64,000 nucleotides of DNA, taken from positions 608,001 to 672,000 of the forward strand of contig CBDETK010000013.1 of the NCBI GenBank assembly GCA_965242865.1, in the 5' to 3' direction. Below, piece by piece: positions 47,626-56,769 of this stretch. The position numbers and the translations under genes were made by a program. The DNA is from Candidatus Latescibacterota bacterium. Lineage in GTDB: Bacteria > Latescibacterota > UBA2968 > UBA8231. The notes under the pieces were generated by a model that saw only the letters and a program-made list of their open reading frames with translations, was not told the origin of the DNA and searched no databases. Each line of letters starts with the position of its first letter. Within the stretch, counting starts at the first letter, position 1.

Positions 47626-49361
47626 ACTACACCGACCAAGAGATCGTACGCCAAATTCGCTTAGGCGAGGATAGCCAATGGGAATTTAAGCAGATCGAGT
47701 TTTCCGGGAATCGGCCCAAAAGCCCGAGCCGCAATGATTTGGCCGACGAGATCGCAGCGTTTGCCAACGCCGACGGCGGCGTCCTGCTCTGCGGCGTTAC
47801 CGACACCGGCGCAACTCAAGGTATGTCGCGTGAACAAATGGACGCACTCGAGCGGCTGTTGGTGGACCTCTGCACCGATGCGATCAAGCCACCGATTCGG
47901 CCTACGATCCTTCGACGCCTCCTAGACGACTGTCCGCTGCTGCTGGTCGCAGTGCCGCAAGGTCATGCCCAACACGACAGCCCCGGCGGCAGCTACCACC
48001 GGGTCGGCAGCTCAAAGTGCCGGATGACGAGCGACGAGCGGCTGCGCCTAGCGCAGCGGCGGGGACAAGCGCGCTTCCTCTGGTTCGACGAGCAACCAGT
48101 ACCGGAAACGGGGTTCCGCACCCTGGACGAAGGGCTGTGGAAGCCGCTGTTGAGCACTGAAAGCGCGGCCGATCCCCCAGCGGCATTGGAGAAGATGGGA
48201 TTGCTGGCCAGAGGAGAGAACGGCGTCCGGCGAGCTACTGTGGCCGGGGTGTTGTTGTGCAGTGCGGCCCCGGAGGAGTGGCTAAAAAACGCCGGCATCA
48301 CCGCTACTTGCTATCGGGGCCAAGATCGCACTACGGGGCAGGTTGATGCCCAAACCATTGGCGGCCCCCTGCAACGGCAAATCGCCGAAGCAGTGGCCTT
48401 TATCGTGCGGAACATGCGCGTTGCCGCGCACAAGACGCCGGCGCGGGCGGAACTGCCTCAATACAGCGAAGAAGCCCTGTTTGAGGCGGTGGTCAACGCC
48501 GTGGCGCACCGCGACTATTCGATTCAAGCGAGCAGGATCCGTCTTTCAATGTTTGAGGATCGGGTCGAGATCCAATCGCCGGGTTCACTGCCGAACAACC
48601 TGACGGTAGAAGATATGCCGCACCGGCAGGCGACGCGGAACGAACTTTTGACTTCATTGCTCGGCCGAGTTCCTGCCTCCGGTATCAAGGGGGCCGGGGG
48701 GCGGTTGTACATCATGGAACGACGCGGGGACGGGGTTCCCATCATGCGGCGGGCCACCCGGGAACTCAGCGGCTCCTTCCCCGAGTTTCGGCTCATCGCG
48801 GATGCCGAACTGTGCGTGACCATCCCCTCGGCTTCGCTGGAATCGACGCCGGCCCGCGCAGTGATCACCGTGTGGTGCGCAGGCCAACCCCTACCGAATG
48901 CCGATGTATTGGCTCTTTTTCCGAACAAGACGTGGAAGCGCGAGACCACCGACGAAAATGGCGAGGCGGCCATTGATCTACACACCACGCATCTTCCCAT
49001 GACGGTATTTGTTGCCGCTGTTGGGTACGCCGCGCACGTAGAACGGGAGTGGGTGCCGAGCCGAGGCGCACTCGCGGTCGAACTTGAGGCTCTACCCGAG
49101 GGCGGTGCGGTCATTTTTCCAGAGGCGACCGGCCACATTCCGGGTTTGACGGGGCGGTTAAATCCCATCTTGGATACCCACGACCGGACCTACCTATACG
49201 CTTCCAACATCGCCATTAACCAAGGCGAGCCGCAGCCGGTTCACTTCATTGTCGGAGAAGAGTTGCGTCTGACGGACGCGGATGGCAGAGAACGACGGGT
49301 GTGTATTGTCGATATTGTGGGCCGGTCTGCGCTGGTGGAATATCGCGCCCTAGAGCCGTGA
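47622..49361 (+). CDS. Schlafen/AlbA_2 + HATPase_c_4 protein with an extra beta-rich C-terminal domain
   Basis: [45 protein letters not shown]; ATGA overlap with hsdM. Confidence 0.82.
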   Translation: MNYTDQEIVRQIRLGEDSQWEFKQIEFSGNRPKSPSRNDLADEIAAFANADGGVLLCGVTDTGATQGMSREQMDALERLLVDLCTDAIKPPIRPTILRRLLDDCPLLLVAVPQGHAQHDSPGGSYHRVGSSKCRMTSDERLRLAQRRGQARFLWFDEQPVPETGFRTLDEGLWKPLLSTESAADPPAALEKMGLLARGENGVRRATVAGVLLCSAAPEEWLKNAGITATCYRGQDRTTGQVDAQTIGGPLQRQIAEAVAFIVRNMRVAAHKTPARAELPQYSEEALFEAVVNAVAHRDYSIQASRIRLSMFEDRVEIQSPGSLPNNLTVEDMPHRQATRNELLTSLLGRVPASGIKGAGGRLYIMERRGDGVPIMRRATRELSGSFPEFRLIADAELCVTIPSASLESTPARAVITVWCAGQPLPNADVLALFPNKTWKRETTDENGEAAIDLHTTHLPMTVFVAAVGYAAHVEREWVPSRGALAVELEALPEGGAVIFPEATGHIPGLTGRLNPILDTHDRTYLYASNIAINQGEPQPVHFIVGEELRLTDADGRERRVCIVDIVGRSALVEYRALEP

Positions 49362-49468
49362 GGCGCGCAAGGAGCGCGTCGGCTGGCTTGACGTTACGTA
49401 CATTCTCTTTAGGAGAAGCTCCGAGCGATTGAACGCTTCAGGACATTTAGTAAAGGGCTGAAAATCAG

Positions 49469-49615
49469 ATGGTGGACATCCTTCTTACTCAAGCAGAAGC
49501 GGACGCTTTAATAGCGATGGAGAAACACCGCGCAACAGATGATCTGGCTAACTTCCCAGTGGGGGGAGAATCCGTAGTCTTGCCGCCCTACATAGATCGG
49601 GGGCTTTTCACATGA
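49469..49615 (+). pseudogene. In-frame internally deleted partner of DUF1828 (DUF6978-like), 48 aa left
   Basis: N-terminal [15 protein letters not shown] joined directly to C-terminal PP.I.RGLFT at ccgccc (49583-49588); stop overlaps the next ATG. Confidence 0.6.
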
Positions 49616-50376
49616 TGCAGGATATTCAGAAGCTGCTGGATGCCTATCATGTTTGGCTCAAGGACAAGACCGTCTTGAACCAAATCGACCAATGGGTCGA
49701 AATCACAACGCCCTATCTCGACCGACACAACGACTATGTACAGATCTACGTCAAGAAGGTCAATGAGGGATTTTTATTGACGGACGATGGATATGTCATT
49801 GATGACCTGAAGCAAAGCGGCTGCAAGCTCGATAGCCGTAAGCGCCGAGAATTGCTCAAGACGACACTCAATGGCTTCGGTGTGAAGAAGGATGGCAATG
49901 CGTTGCAGGTCCATGCGTCGGCTGGCAATTTCTCGCTGCGTAAACACAATCTCGTCCAAGCAATGCTCGCCGTTAATGATATGTTCTATCTGGCGGTGCC
50001 TATGGTGGCAAGCCTGTTCTACGAGGATGTCGTTGCTTGGCTGGATGTGCATGATATTCGATATACCCCCAAGGTGAAGTTTACCGGAAAGACCGGGTAC
50101 GACCACCTGTTCGATTTCGTAATTCCAAAGTCTCGGCAGCAACCGGAGCGCGTCATCAAGACAATCAACCGACCAGATCGCTCCGCTGCTCAGGCTGTGG
50201 TTCTCTCATGGGTTGACACGAAGGAGGTACGCACCCCTGAATCTCGTGTATATGCACTGCTGAATGACTCAGAGCAAGCGGTGCATCAGGCGGCACTGGA
50301 TGCTCTACGGAGCTACGACGTGAGGCCAGTGATGTGGAGCCAGCGGGAGGAGGTACGGGAGGAACTTGCGGCATGA
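49612..50376 (+). CDS. DUF1828/DUF1829 protein
   Basis: [44 protein letters not shown]. Confidence 0.82.
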   Translation: MMQDIQKLLDAYHVWLKDKTVLNQIDQWVEITTPYLDRHNDYVQIYVKKVNEGFLLTDDGYVIDDLKQSGCKLDSRKRRELLKTTLNGFGVKKDGNALQVHASAGNFSLRKHNLVQAMLAVNDMFYLAVPMVASLFYEDVVAWLDVHDIRYTPKVKFTGKTGYDHLFDFVIPKSRQQPERVIKTINRPDRSAAQAVVLSWVDTKEVRTPESRVYALLNDSEQAVHQAALDALRSYDVRPVMWSQREEVREELAA

Positions 50377-50434
50377 GCGTCGTGCGTACCGTACTGTACC
50401 TTTCGTCGAACAGGAACTGAACGCGGATAAAGCA

Positions 50435-50677
50435 ATGGCAACCAGAGACGTAAAAGTGATCGCCATCGGCAACTCTAAGGGCATTCGGCTTCCCAAGGCC
50501 CTGTTGCAGAAATACGGCTGGGGAGACTCTCTCGTCCTTGAAGAAACCGAAGAAGGCGTTTTTCTGCACAGCAACAAAAAGAACAAGCTCGCTTGGCAAG
50601 AGACCTATCGCGCCATGGCGGCTGACCGCGAAGACTGGAGCGATCTCGCTGCCGTTGTCGCCGATGGTCTCGATTGA
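50435..50677 (+). CDS. AbrB/MazE-type antitoxin (orphan)
   Basis: KVIAIGNSKGIRLPK..L. Confidence 0.85.
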   Translation: MATRDVKVIAIGNSKGIRLPKALLQKYGWGDSLVLEETEEGVFLHSNKKNKLAWQETYRAMAADREDWSDLAAVVADGLD

Positions 50678-50717
50678 TGGCGGCCTTATCACGGAGATGT
50701 ACGGAGATCGGCAGTAA
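50677..50717 (+). pseudogene. Vestige of a MazF/PemK-like toxin (start codon plus C-terminal LITEMYGDRQ*)
   Basis: TGATG overlap with the antitoxin; an out-of-frame tail resembling PemK C-termini ends at TAA 50717. Confidence 0.45.
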
Positions 50718-50720
50718 AAC

Positions 50721-51143
50721 ATGCACATCAACACGGACTTCCTCACGCGCTGCATCCGCGTCCTAGAGACGGCGTTGGAGCAGTTGCCACAGTACGACGA
50801 GGACCATGTCTGGTACGACATCTTCCGCACCGCTTGCGTCAAGGAATTTGAGTTGATCTTGGAGCAAAGCGGCAGTTTGTTGAAAAAACGGCTCAGGCCC
50901 TATTTCGCCAGCAATCGGCAGGCGGACCAGCTAACCTTCAAAAACTTGTTTCGCCACGCCGCAAAGCACGGGCTAATCTCGGTTGAGAGCTGCGAGCGTT
51001 GGCTGGAATACCGCGACCACCGCAATGACACGGCGCACCAATACGGCGCCGACTTTGCGGAGGCGACGCTGGCGCTGGCGCCTCAATTCATCACCGACGC
51101 CAAGGAATTAGTTCAGGTCATAACGGAGGGGGAGGATGACTGA
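50721..51143 (+). CDS. HEPN toxin (HI0074-like nucleotidyltransferase substrate-binding family)
   Basis: KEFE..LE, FKNLFR.A...GLI, RNDTAHQY matches RX4HXY. Confidence 0.85.
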   Translation: MHINTDFLTRCIRVLETALEQLPQYDEDHVWYDIFRTACVKEFELILEQSGSLLKKRLRPYFASNRQADQLTFKNLFRHAAKHGLISVESCERWLEYRDHRNDTAHQYGADFAEATLALAPQFITDAKELVQVITEGEDD

Positions 51144-51474
51144 GCGGCTGGATTTGCCGCGCCGCTACCGGGAGCAGATTGAGGCCCTGCTGCGCGAGCA
51201 TGTGCCCGGCGTGGAAGTGTGGGCTTACGGCAGCCGCGTCAACGGCAGAAGCCACGAGGGCAGTGACTTGGACTTGGTGCTCAGGGGGCCGGACTTGCAG
51301 CGGATACCTAGCGGTCAACTGCTGGATCTGACTGAGGCGTTGGAGGAGTCGAATGTCCCTATTATTGTGCAGGCGCACGATTGGGCCGGGCTGCCGGAGA
51401 GCTTTCATCGGGAGATTGAGCGGGAGTATGTGGTTTTGCAGGGGGAGGACTGGGATAAGGAGGCAACACCATGA
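51136..51474 (+). CDS. Minimal nucleotidyltransferase (MNT) antitoxin
   Basis: YGSRVNGRSHEGSDLD matches GSX10DXD; overlaps the HEPN stop. Confidence 0.88.
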   Translation: MTERLDLPRRYREQIEALLREHVPGVEVWAYGSRVNGRSHEGSDLDLVLRGPDLQRIPSGQLLDLTEALEESNVPIIVQAHDWAGLPESFHREIEREYVVLQGEDWDKEATP

Positions 51475-51743
51475 ATCGACCGACCGAAGTCCATCCACGA
51501 GCCGGCTACCGCATTTGGCTGCGATTTGCAGATGGCGTCGCCGGTGAGATAGACTTGTCGCAACTCGCCGGGAAGGGCGTATTCAAGGTTTGGGACGAGC
51601 CGGGATATTTCGAGAAGGTGCATATAACTTCCCACAGAGCCATAGCTTGGGACGATGACCTCGATCTTTGCGCGGATGCGCTGTACATGGAACTCACGGG
51701 TAAGTCTGTTTACCAGACCATGACGGGGGAGACATGGGAATAG
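51471..51743 (+). CDS. DUF2442 family protein
   Basis: YRIWLRFADG..GEIDL...GVF..W....F..V.....IAW...DLCADALY. Confidence 0.82.
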   Translation: MNRPTEVHPRAGYRIWLRFADGVAGEIDLSQLAGKGVFKVWDEPGYFEKVHITSHRAIAWDDDLDLCADALYMELTGKSVYQTMTGETWE

Positions 51744-53278
51744 AACCTGCTATTGACATCACCGATGAGCAGCGTGAGACGGTTCTCTCGCTCCTAGAAA
51801 GGCATCTGTCAAACACGACTGCTTGGGTGTACGGCTCCCGCGCCAAATGGACTGCACGTCCCCAATCCGACCTTGACATGGTGGTATTCACAACGCCAGA
51901 GCAAAACAGTCGGGTCTTCGATCTCAGGGAAGCCTTTGAGGAAAGCAATCTGCCGTTTCGGGTGGACTTGTTCGTGTGGGACGATGTGCCTGAGCGGTTC
52001 CGAAAGCACATTGAGCAGGATTATGTGGTGTTGATGGAGAAGGCGCAAAGTACGGAGAGTGGGTGGGGGGCGATACAGCTACGGGATATTGCCGAATTGG
52101 TTATGGGGCAATCGCCGCCAGGGACGACTTACAATGAAATCGGCGGTGGCCTTCCATTCTTTCAGGGTGTTAAGGACTTCAACTATCGTCTCCCATCGCC
52201 GAGAGTTTTCTGCTCGGCCCCTTCTCGGATTGCACAACCGGGAGACATTCTGTTCAGCGTACGTGCTCCAATTGGCCGTGTGAACATTGCGGACAGGAAA
52301 TGTGCTACTGGTCGGGGATTAGCGATTATCAAGCCCCGTATTCAATCGGACGCCCGATATATTGAGTTTTACCTTCGGCATATAGAGCCAACTTGGAACG
52401 TTATTGAGGGTAATGGATCCGTCTTTGGAAACGCTACAAAGAAAGACTTAGAGACACTTCGTTTATGGTGGCCTCCCAAGTTAGAACGCAATGCCATCGC
52501 CCACATCCTCGGCACCCTCGACGACAAAATTGAACTCAACCGGCGCATGAACGAAACGCTGGAGGAGATGGCGCGAGCCATTTTCAAGGACTGGTTCGTC
52601 GATTTCGGGCCGACGCGGGCGAAGATGGAGGGGCGGGATACCGGATTGCCGCCGGAGGTCGCGGCGTTGTTTCCCGACCGGCTGGTGGAATCGGAGTTGG
52701 GGGAGGTGCCGGAGGGGTGGGAGGTTGAGACGGTGGGGGAGTGCTTCTATCTGACGATGGGACAATCACCTCCAAGCAGTACTTACAATGAACACGGTGA
52801 GGGCTTGCCATTCTTTCAAGGTCGAACCGATTTTGGCTTCCGGTATCCTGAAAATCGAAAGTTCTGCACGGCCCCAGCTCGGATTGCCCAGCCCGAGGAT
52901 ACGCTAGTCAGTGTCCGAGCCCCTGTCGGCGACATCAACATGGCTTGGGAGCAATGCTGCATTGGCCGAGGGGTCGCAGCCCTCCGGCACAAGTTGGGGT
53001 CTAGTTCGTTCACGTACTACGCAGCCGGGGCTTTACAAAGAGCGATTCAGCAATACGAGCATACGGGAACAGTATTCGGAGCCATTAACAAGCAGCAGTT
53101 TGAAGAAATGCCAACGATAGAGCCTACCTCAGACGTAGTTGATGCGTTCGGAATGTTTGCTCTACAATTTGATAGGCGGATCCGGTCAAACGTAGCAGAA
53201 TCCCGCACCCTCGCCGCCCTGCGTGTCGCGCTGCTGCCTAAGCTGGTGTCGGGAGAAATGAGGGTAGGGCCACAGTAA
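51734..53278 (+). CDS. hsdS: Type I specificity subunit with N-terminal fused MNT domain
   Basis: N-terminal YGSRAKWTARPQSDLD; two TRDs; IAHILGTLDDKIELN..MNETLE and LR.ALLPKL.SGE conserved regions. Confidence 0.88.
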   Translation: MGIEPAIDITDEQRETVLSLLERHLSNTTAWVYGSRAKWTARPQSDLDMVVFTTPEQNSRVFDLREAFEESNLPFRVDLFVWDDVPERFRKHIEQDYVVLMEKAQSTESGWGAIQLRDIAELVMGQSPPGTTYNEIGGGLPFFQGVKDFNYRLPSPRVFCSAPSRIAQPGDILFSVRAPIGRVNIADRKCATGRGLAIIKPRIQSDARYIEFYLRHIEPTWNVIEGNGSVFGNATKKDLETLRLWWPPKLERNAIAHILGTLDDKIELNRRMNETLEEMARAIFKDWFVDFGPTRAKMEGRDTGLPPEVAALFPDRLVESELGEVPEGWEVETVGECFYLTMGQSPPSSTYNEHGEGLPFFQGRTDFGFRYPENRKFCTAPARIAQPEDTLVSVRAPVGDINMAWEQCCIGRGVAALRHKLGSSSFTYYAAGALQRAIQQYEHTGTVFGAINKQQFEEMPTIEPTSDVVDAFGMFALQFDRRIRSNVAESRTLAALRVALLPKLVSGEMRVGPQ

Positions 53279-53854
53279 TGACTACTGCGAATAAATATGA
53301 AGTAAACGCCATCCTCTGGGTTTCAGGCGATTGTGAAGAGCAGATTTCGAGATTTTTGCTCGATGAGCTCGGGGTCCGAAAAGGTGCAATCCAAAAATGG
53401 ATGCATCTGACCGTCTACCACGGAAAGAGACCTCTCCCTGGGTTGATGGAGGGTACTAGCCTAGTCCGCGTTATCGCAAACACGGATGAAACTCGTTTTA
53501 TGGTTTTGGCCCCCGGTGGTGAGAATCCGAGAACAGAACTAGTACCGGGTAGCCGATCCGTGGGAATCCGGCTTACAAAGCGCAATCAGGCGATTAATGA
53601 GATACAACAATTGCGGAAAAGTGCCTATCGGTTAGAGGCTCAACAGGTAGTAGGTAAACGACATCCTACTACGTCGTGGAGGAACTGCTTCGGATCCCAT
53701 TATTATCAGCCGCATATAAAGTTGCTTAAACCTGGCAATCGGGTTGGGGGCGATTTGACAATAATTGGCCGATCTTGTCCGAGACAAGATTAACTTGATT
53801 GAATTCGACCGATTTGAGACTGTATCTAAAACCAAACGAAGCACACAATCCTAG
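53278..53854 (+). CDS. Hypothetical protein, possible 2H-phosphoesterase fold; probable +1 frameshift near 53770
   Basis: MHLTVY and QPHIKL motifs; ORF stops at 53793 but the +1 frame continues DLVRDKINLIEFDRFE.. to 53854. Confidence 0.5.
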
Positions 53855-53869
53855 TTCGAGGAGCTAGAA

Positions 53870-55003
53870 ATGCCATTTGAAATTGACCTTGGAAATCGAC
53901 TAGCTGGTTATGCTCGTACATCCGCCCGTGCCGGTGAACATGTCGATCTTGTGTACCGTGAATTCACATCGACTGAGGACGGGGGACACTTCATTCAACA
54001 GCTCGAAGGAGCAACCGATAATATTCTACAACGGTTGCCGTCTCATATCCTCCCATCGCAAATAGACCACATGCTAGCTATTTGCCATCGTGACGGTAAA
54101 ACATATGTTTACGTGAATGAACTAGATTTACGTCTGAAAGTTCGTTCAGCAAGGTCAATTGAAGCAGGAGAATACATCTCTAAAGATGACATCGCTGATA
54201 TAGAGAGTGTCGAATTTGATATACAAATACCTGACGATGCTGGCGTCTTATTTATATTTTCCGTTCGCTGGCGAAAGGGACTTTTTTTTGATTTTGGCCC
54301 CACACTTCCAGATCCACAGCCGCGCCAGTACGACATAGCCGCAGTTTTGGGACAGATGTATGGACAGGTGCTATTTCAAGAAAGGTTTAGCATCTCTGAG
54401 GATGAATGGGATGCCCTGTTTTCCAAAAAATGGTTTCCATTTGTGGGGCTTAGTAATGAAAAGATCGATGCCTTAATAAATCATATCCGATCTAGTTGGG
54501 ACCCAGACGAAAACCTCGATGACATTGTTTCCGAAACTAAGATCCGCGTTCCACAAATGCTAGAAAGTTGGCATAAACACCCTTCGTTCCGACCTCACTT
54601 TAAGCTTCTTGAACTTGCTGTCGAACGGTTCCAAAACTATGATCCTGTGAGTTGCACCGCGTTGTTGTTCCCCCGGATAGAAGGAATTTTACGCACTCAT
54701 CATAGTATTTTTGACACTCAACGGCCTCCTAGATTCGAAGATATGACGGAGTTAGCAGTGGCTACCAAAATAGAAAATGATAAATGCCTACTCTTACCTC
54801 GTCGTTTTGCTGCCTATCTCCGTGATGTCTATTTTGCAAGTTTCGATCCTAGCTCAGAGAATATCGAAGTTTCCAGACATAGTATTGCACATGGTGTTGC
54901 GGATCCGTCTAAGTTCGATTATAAATCTGCATTGATTGGGATACTGACGGCTCACCAGCTATTTTATTTGCTCGAAAAAAAGACAGAACGTTCGTGGGAC
55001 TAA
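53870..55003 (+). CDS. Hypothetical protein with C-terminal HEPN-like RxxxxH motif
   Basis: 377-aa low-GC ORF with GAGGAG RBS; PRIEGILR...SRHSIAHG. Confidence 0.65.
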   Translation: MPFEIDLGNRLAGYARTSARAGEHVDLVYREFTSTEDGGHFIQQLEGATDNILQRLPSHILPSQIDHMLAICHRDGKTYVYVNELDLRLKVRSARSIEAGEYISKDDIADIESVEFDIQIPDDAGVLFIFSVRWRKGLFFDFGPTLPDPQPRQYDIAAVLGQMYGQVLFQERFSISEDEWDALFSKKWFPFVGLSNEKIDALINHIRSSWDPDENLDDIVSETKIRVPQMLESWHKHPSFRPHFKLLELAVERFQNYDPVSCTALLFPRIEGILRTHHSIFDTQRPPRFEDMTELAVATKIENDKCLLLPRRFAAYLRDVYFASFDPSSENIEVSRHSIAHGVADPSKFDYKSALIGILTAHQLFYLLEKKTERSWD

Positions 55004-55089
55004 AGGCTAATCTCGAAGTTCCAGACCGCCGCGAATCTAACTGCGAGGCTCTACATGAAAAGTGCTAAAAAAATGGCGGAGGCCATTGC

Positions 55090-55590
55090 ATGACCGACGC
55101 ATTGCTGACGGTTCCTGACCAGAAAGAAGCTCTGTCCCTCGTCTATGCACAGGCAGTGGCGGCGCGTGCCGGTTATGCCACTGAAGTTCTCAACAAGGAT
55201 CGAGACAGCGTTGATCTGTGTATCCGCGCCGGTGGTAAGATGCGGCCCCTGCTTGATTTGCAGTTGAAAGCTACCGTCAACTTGAAACGGTCGCGTGACG
55301 GGTTCCTGCACTTCCCGCTGGGCATCAAAAATTACAATGACCTGCGTATAGAAGTCCAAATCCTTCGGCTACTCGTGGTGCTCGACTTGCCGAAAGAGGA
55401 ACAACAATGGATGACGATTACCCAAGACGAACTCATACTGAGACATCGGGCCTATTGGCTCAATCTGCAAGGATACGAAGAGACCGCTAACCAGTCGTCT
55501 GTTACCGTCCGCATCCCCGAAGAGAATCTGTTCAACATCGAAAGTTTGCGGACGCTAATGGAACAATCTAGAAGAGGAGGGAGCCGATGA
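55090..55590 (+). CDS. DUF4365-like PD-(D/E)xK domain protein
   Basis: E.LS..Y..AVAA.AG, DRDSVD...LDLQLKAT, KNYNDLR, AYWLNL.G. Confidence 0.75.
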   Translation: MTDALLTVPDQKEALSLVYAQAVAARAGYATEVLNKDRDSVDLCIRAGGKMRPLLDLQLKATVNLKRSRDGFLHFPLGIKNYNDLRIEVQILRLLVVLDLPKEEQQWMTITQDELILRHRAYWLNLQGYEETANQSSVTVRIPEENLFNIESLRTLMEQSRRGGSR

Positions 55591-56681
55591 AAGTCAGTAT
55601 CCAAGACAAGAAAGCCTTGCTTGCGGTTTCTCCTGCGGCGTTGTCTGCGTACGCTCGTGCGGCAGGCTGGACTAAGGTCGATACCTATGGCAAGCATTCC
55701 GATGTATTTACGGGCGAGGGGCTTCCCGAGATCATTCTGCCGCGAACTGCACACTTGGGTGATTACGCCCTAGTCGTCTCGATGGTCATTGAAATTTTCG
55801 CCAAGGTCGCCGATACGGACGAACTTACCCTCTACCGCGACTTGGTGACTGCAGATCGCGACGTGATCCGGGTCCGGGCGGTTGATAGTGACGACAGCGG
55901 CAGCGTGGCAGTAAACGATGGGATCGATCTCATAAGTGGCGCACGCGACATGATCCTCGCGGCCGCCTGCTCGCTCCAAGGGCCACAGCCCCTCTATCGT
56001 GCGGGAGCCAACAGAAAGGCTAGGGACTACCTGAGCCGAGTTCGCTTAGGGCAAACCGAGCAGGGTAGCTTCGTCATTACGCTGTTGAGTCCCGTTATCT
56101 CTCCCCTTGAGCGACAGGTGACAAGGCGTCTGGCGGATGCGCTGGCAGCGACCCGCGAGGCGACCGAAAAAACGGTTGGCGGAGACGCTGGTGCTTTCTC
56201 GAAAGCCGTAGCGCGTGGAGTGAGTGCCAATTTGTGCGAGGCACTCGTCAAGCTAATCGAGCCGTTCCCAACCTTGGACATCAGTCTGGTTTGGGCGCGC
56301 ACCCATCCGATGAAGCCCGCCCGGAACGTCGTGCGCTTTGCTTCGCACGATGTGCCGATTCTGCGCGAAGCCGCCCGATCATTTCGCAAGCGCGAACTGC
56401 GACTGGATATACGCCTGTTTGGCGTCGTGCAGGGGCTGAAACGCACCGCGACGGATACGGAAGGAACCATTGCCCTGCGGGCATCCATCGACGGGCAAAA
56501 CCAAGCAGTCGTAGCCGTTCTGAAACAGTCCGATTACGAGCGAGCCATACAGGCGCACGAGACGAAATCGCTGCTCGTCATGGAGGGCGATCTAGAGCAC
56601 ACCGGCCAACGCTGGCGATTGCTGAACCCGCGCATTGCAGATGTCATCCTGAATGAGGATGCGCTGGACGAGGACGAATAG
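55587..56681 (+). CDS. Conserved hypothetical partner of the DUF4365-like protein (C-terminal OB-like region)
   Basis: ATGA overlap; YL.RVRLGQTEQGSFV, GVSANLCEAL, G.V..L.R...G...DYERAI.AH. Confidence 0.7.
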   Translation: MKVSIQDKKALLAVSPAALSAYARAAGWTKVDTYGKHSDVFTGEGLPEIILPRTAHLGDYALVVSMVIEIFAKVADTDELTLYRDLVTADRDVIRVRAVDSDDSGSVAVNDGIDLISGARDMILAAACSLQGPQPLYRAGANRKARDYLSRVRLGQTEQGSFVITLLSPVISPLERQVTRRLADALAATREATEKTVGGDAGAFSKAVARGVSANLCEALVKLIEPFPTLDISLVWARTHPMKPARNVVRFASHDVPILREAARSFRKRELRLDIRLFGVVQGLKRTATDTEGTIALRASIDGQNQAVVAVLKQSDYERAIQAHETKSLLVMEGDLEHTGQRWRLLNPRIADVILNEDALDEDE

Positions 56682-56769
56682 CCCATGTCTTGGGAAGGGT
56701 TGTATCATTGCTCATTAGAGATGTGAGCATCTACAGTTACGGTATCCGAATCCGAGTGGAGGAGCAGTT

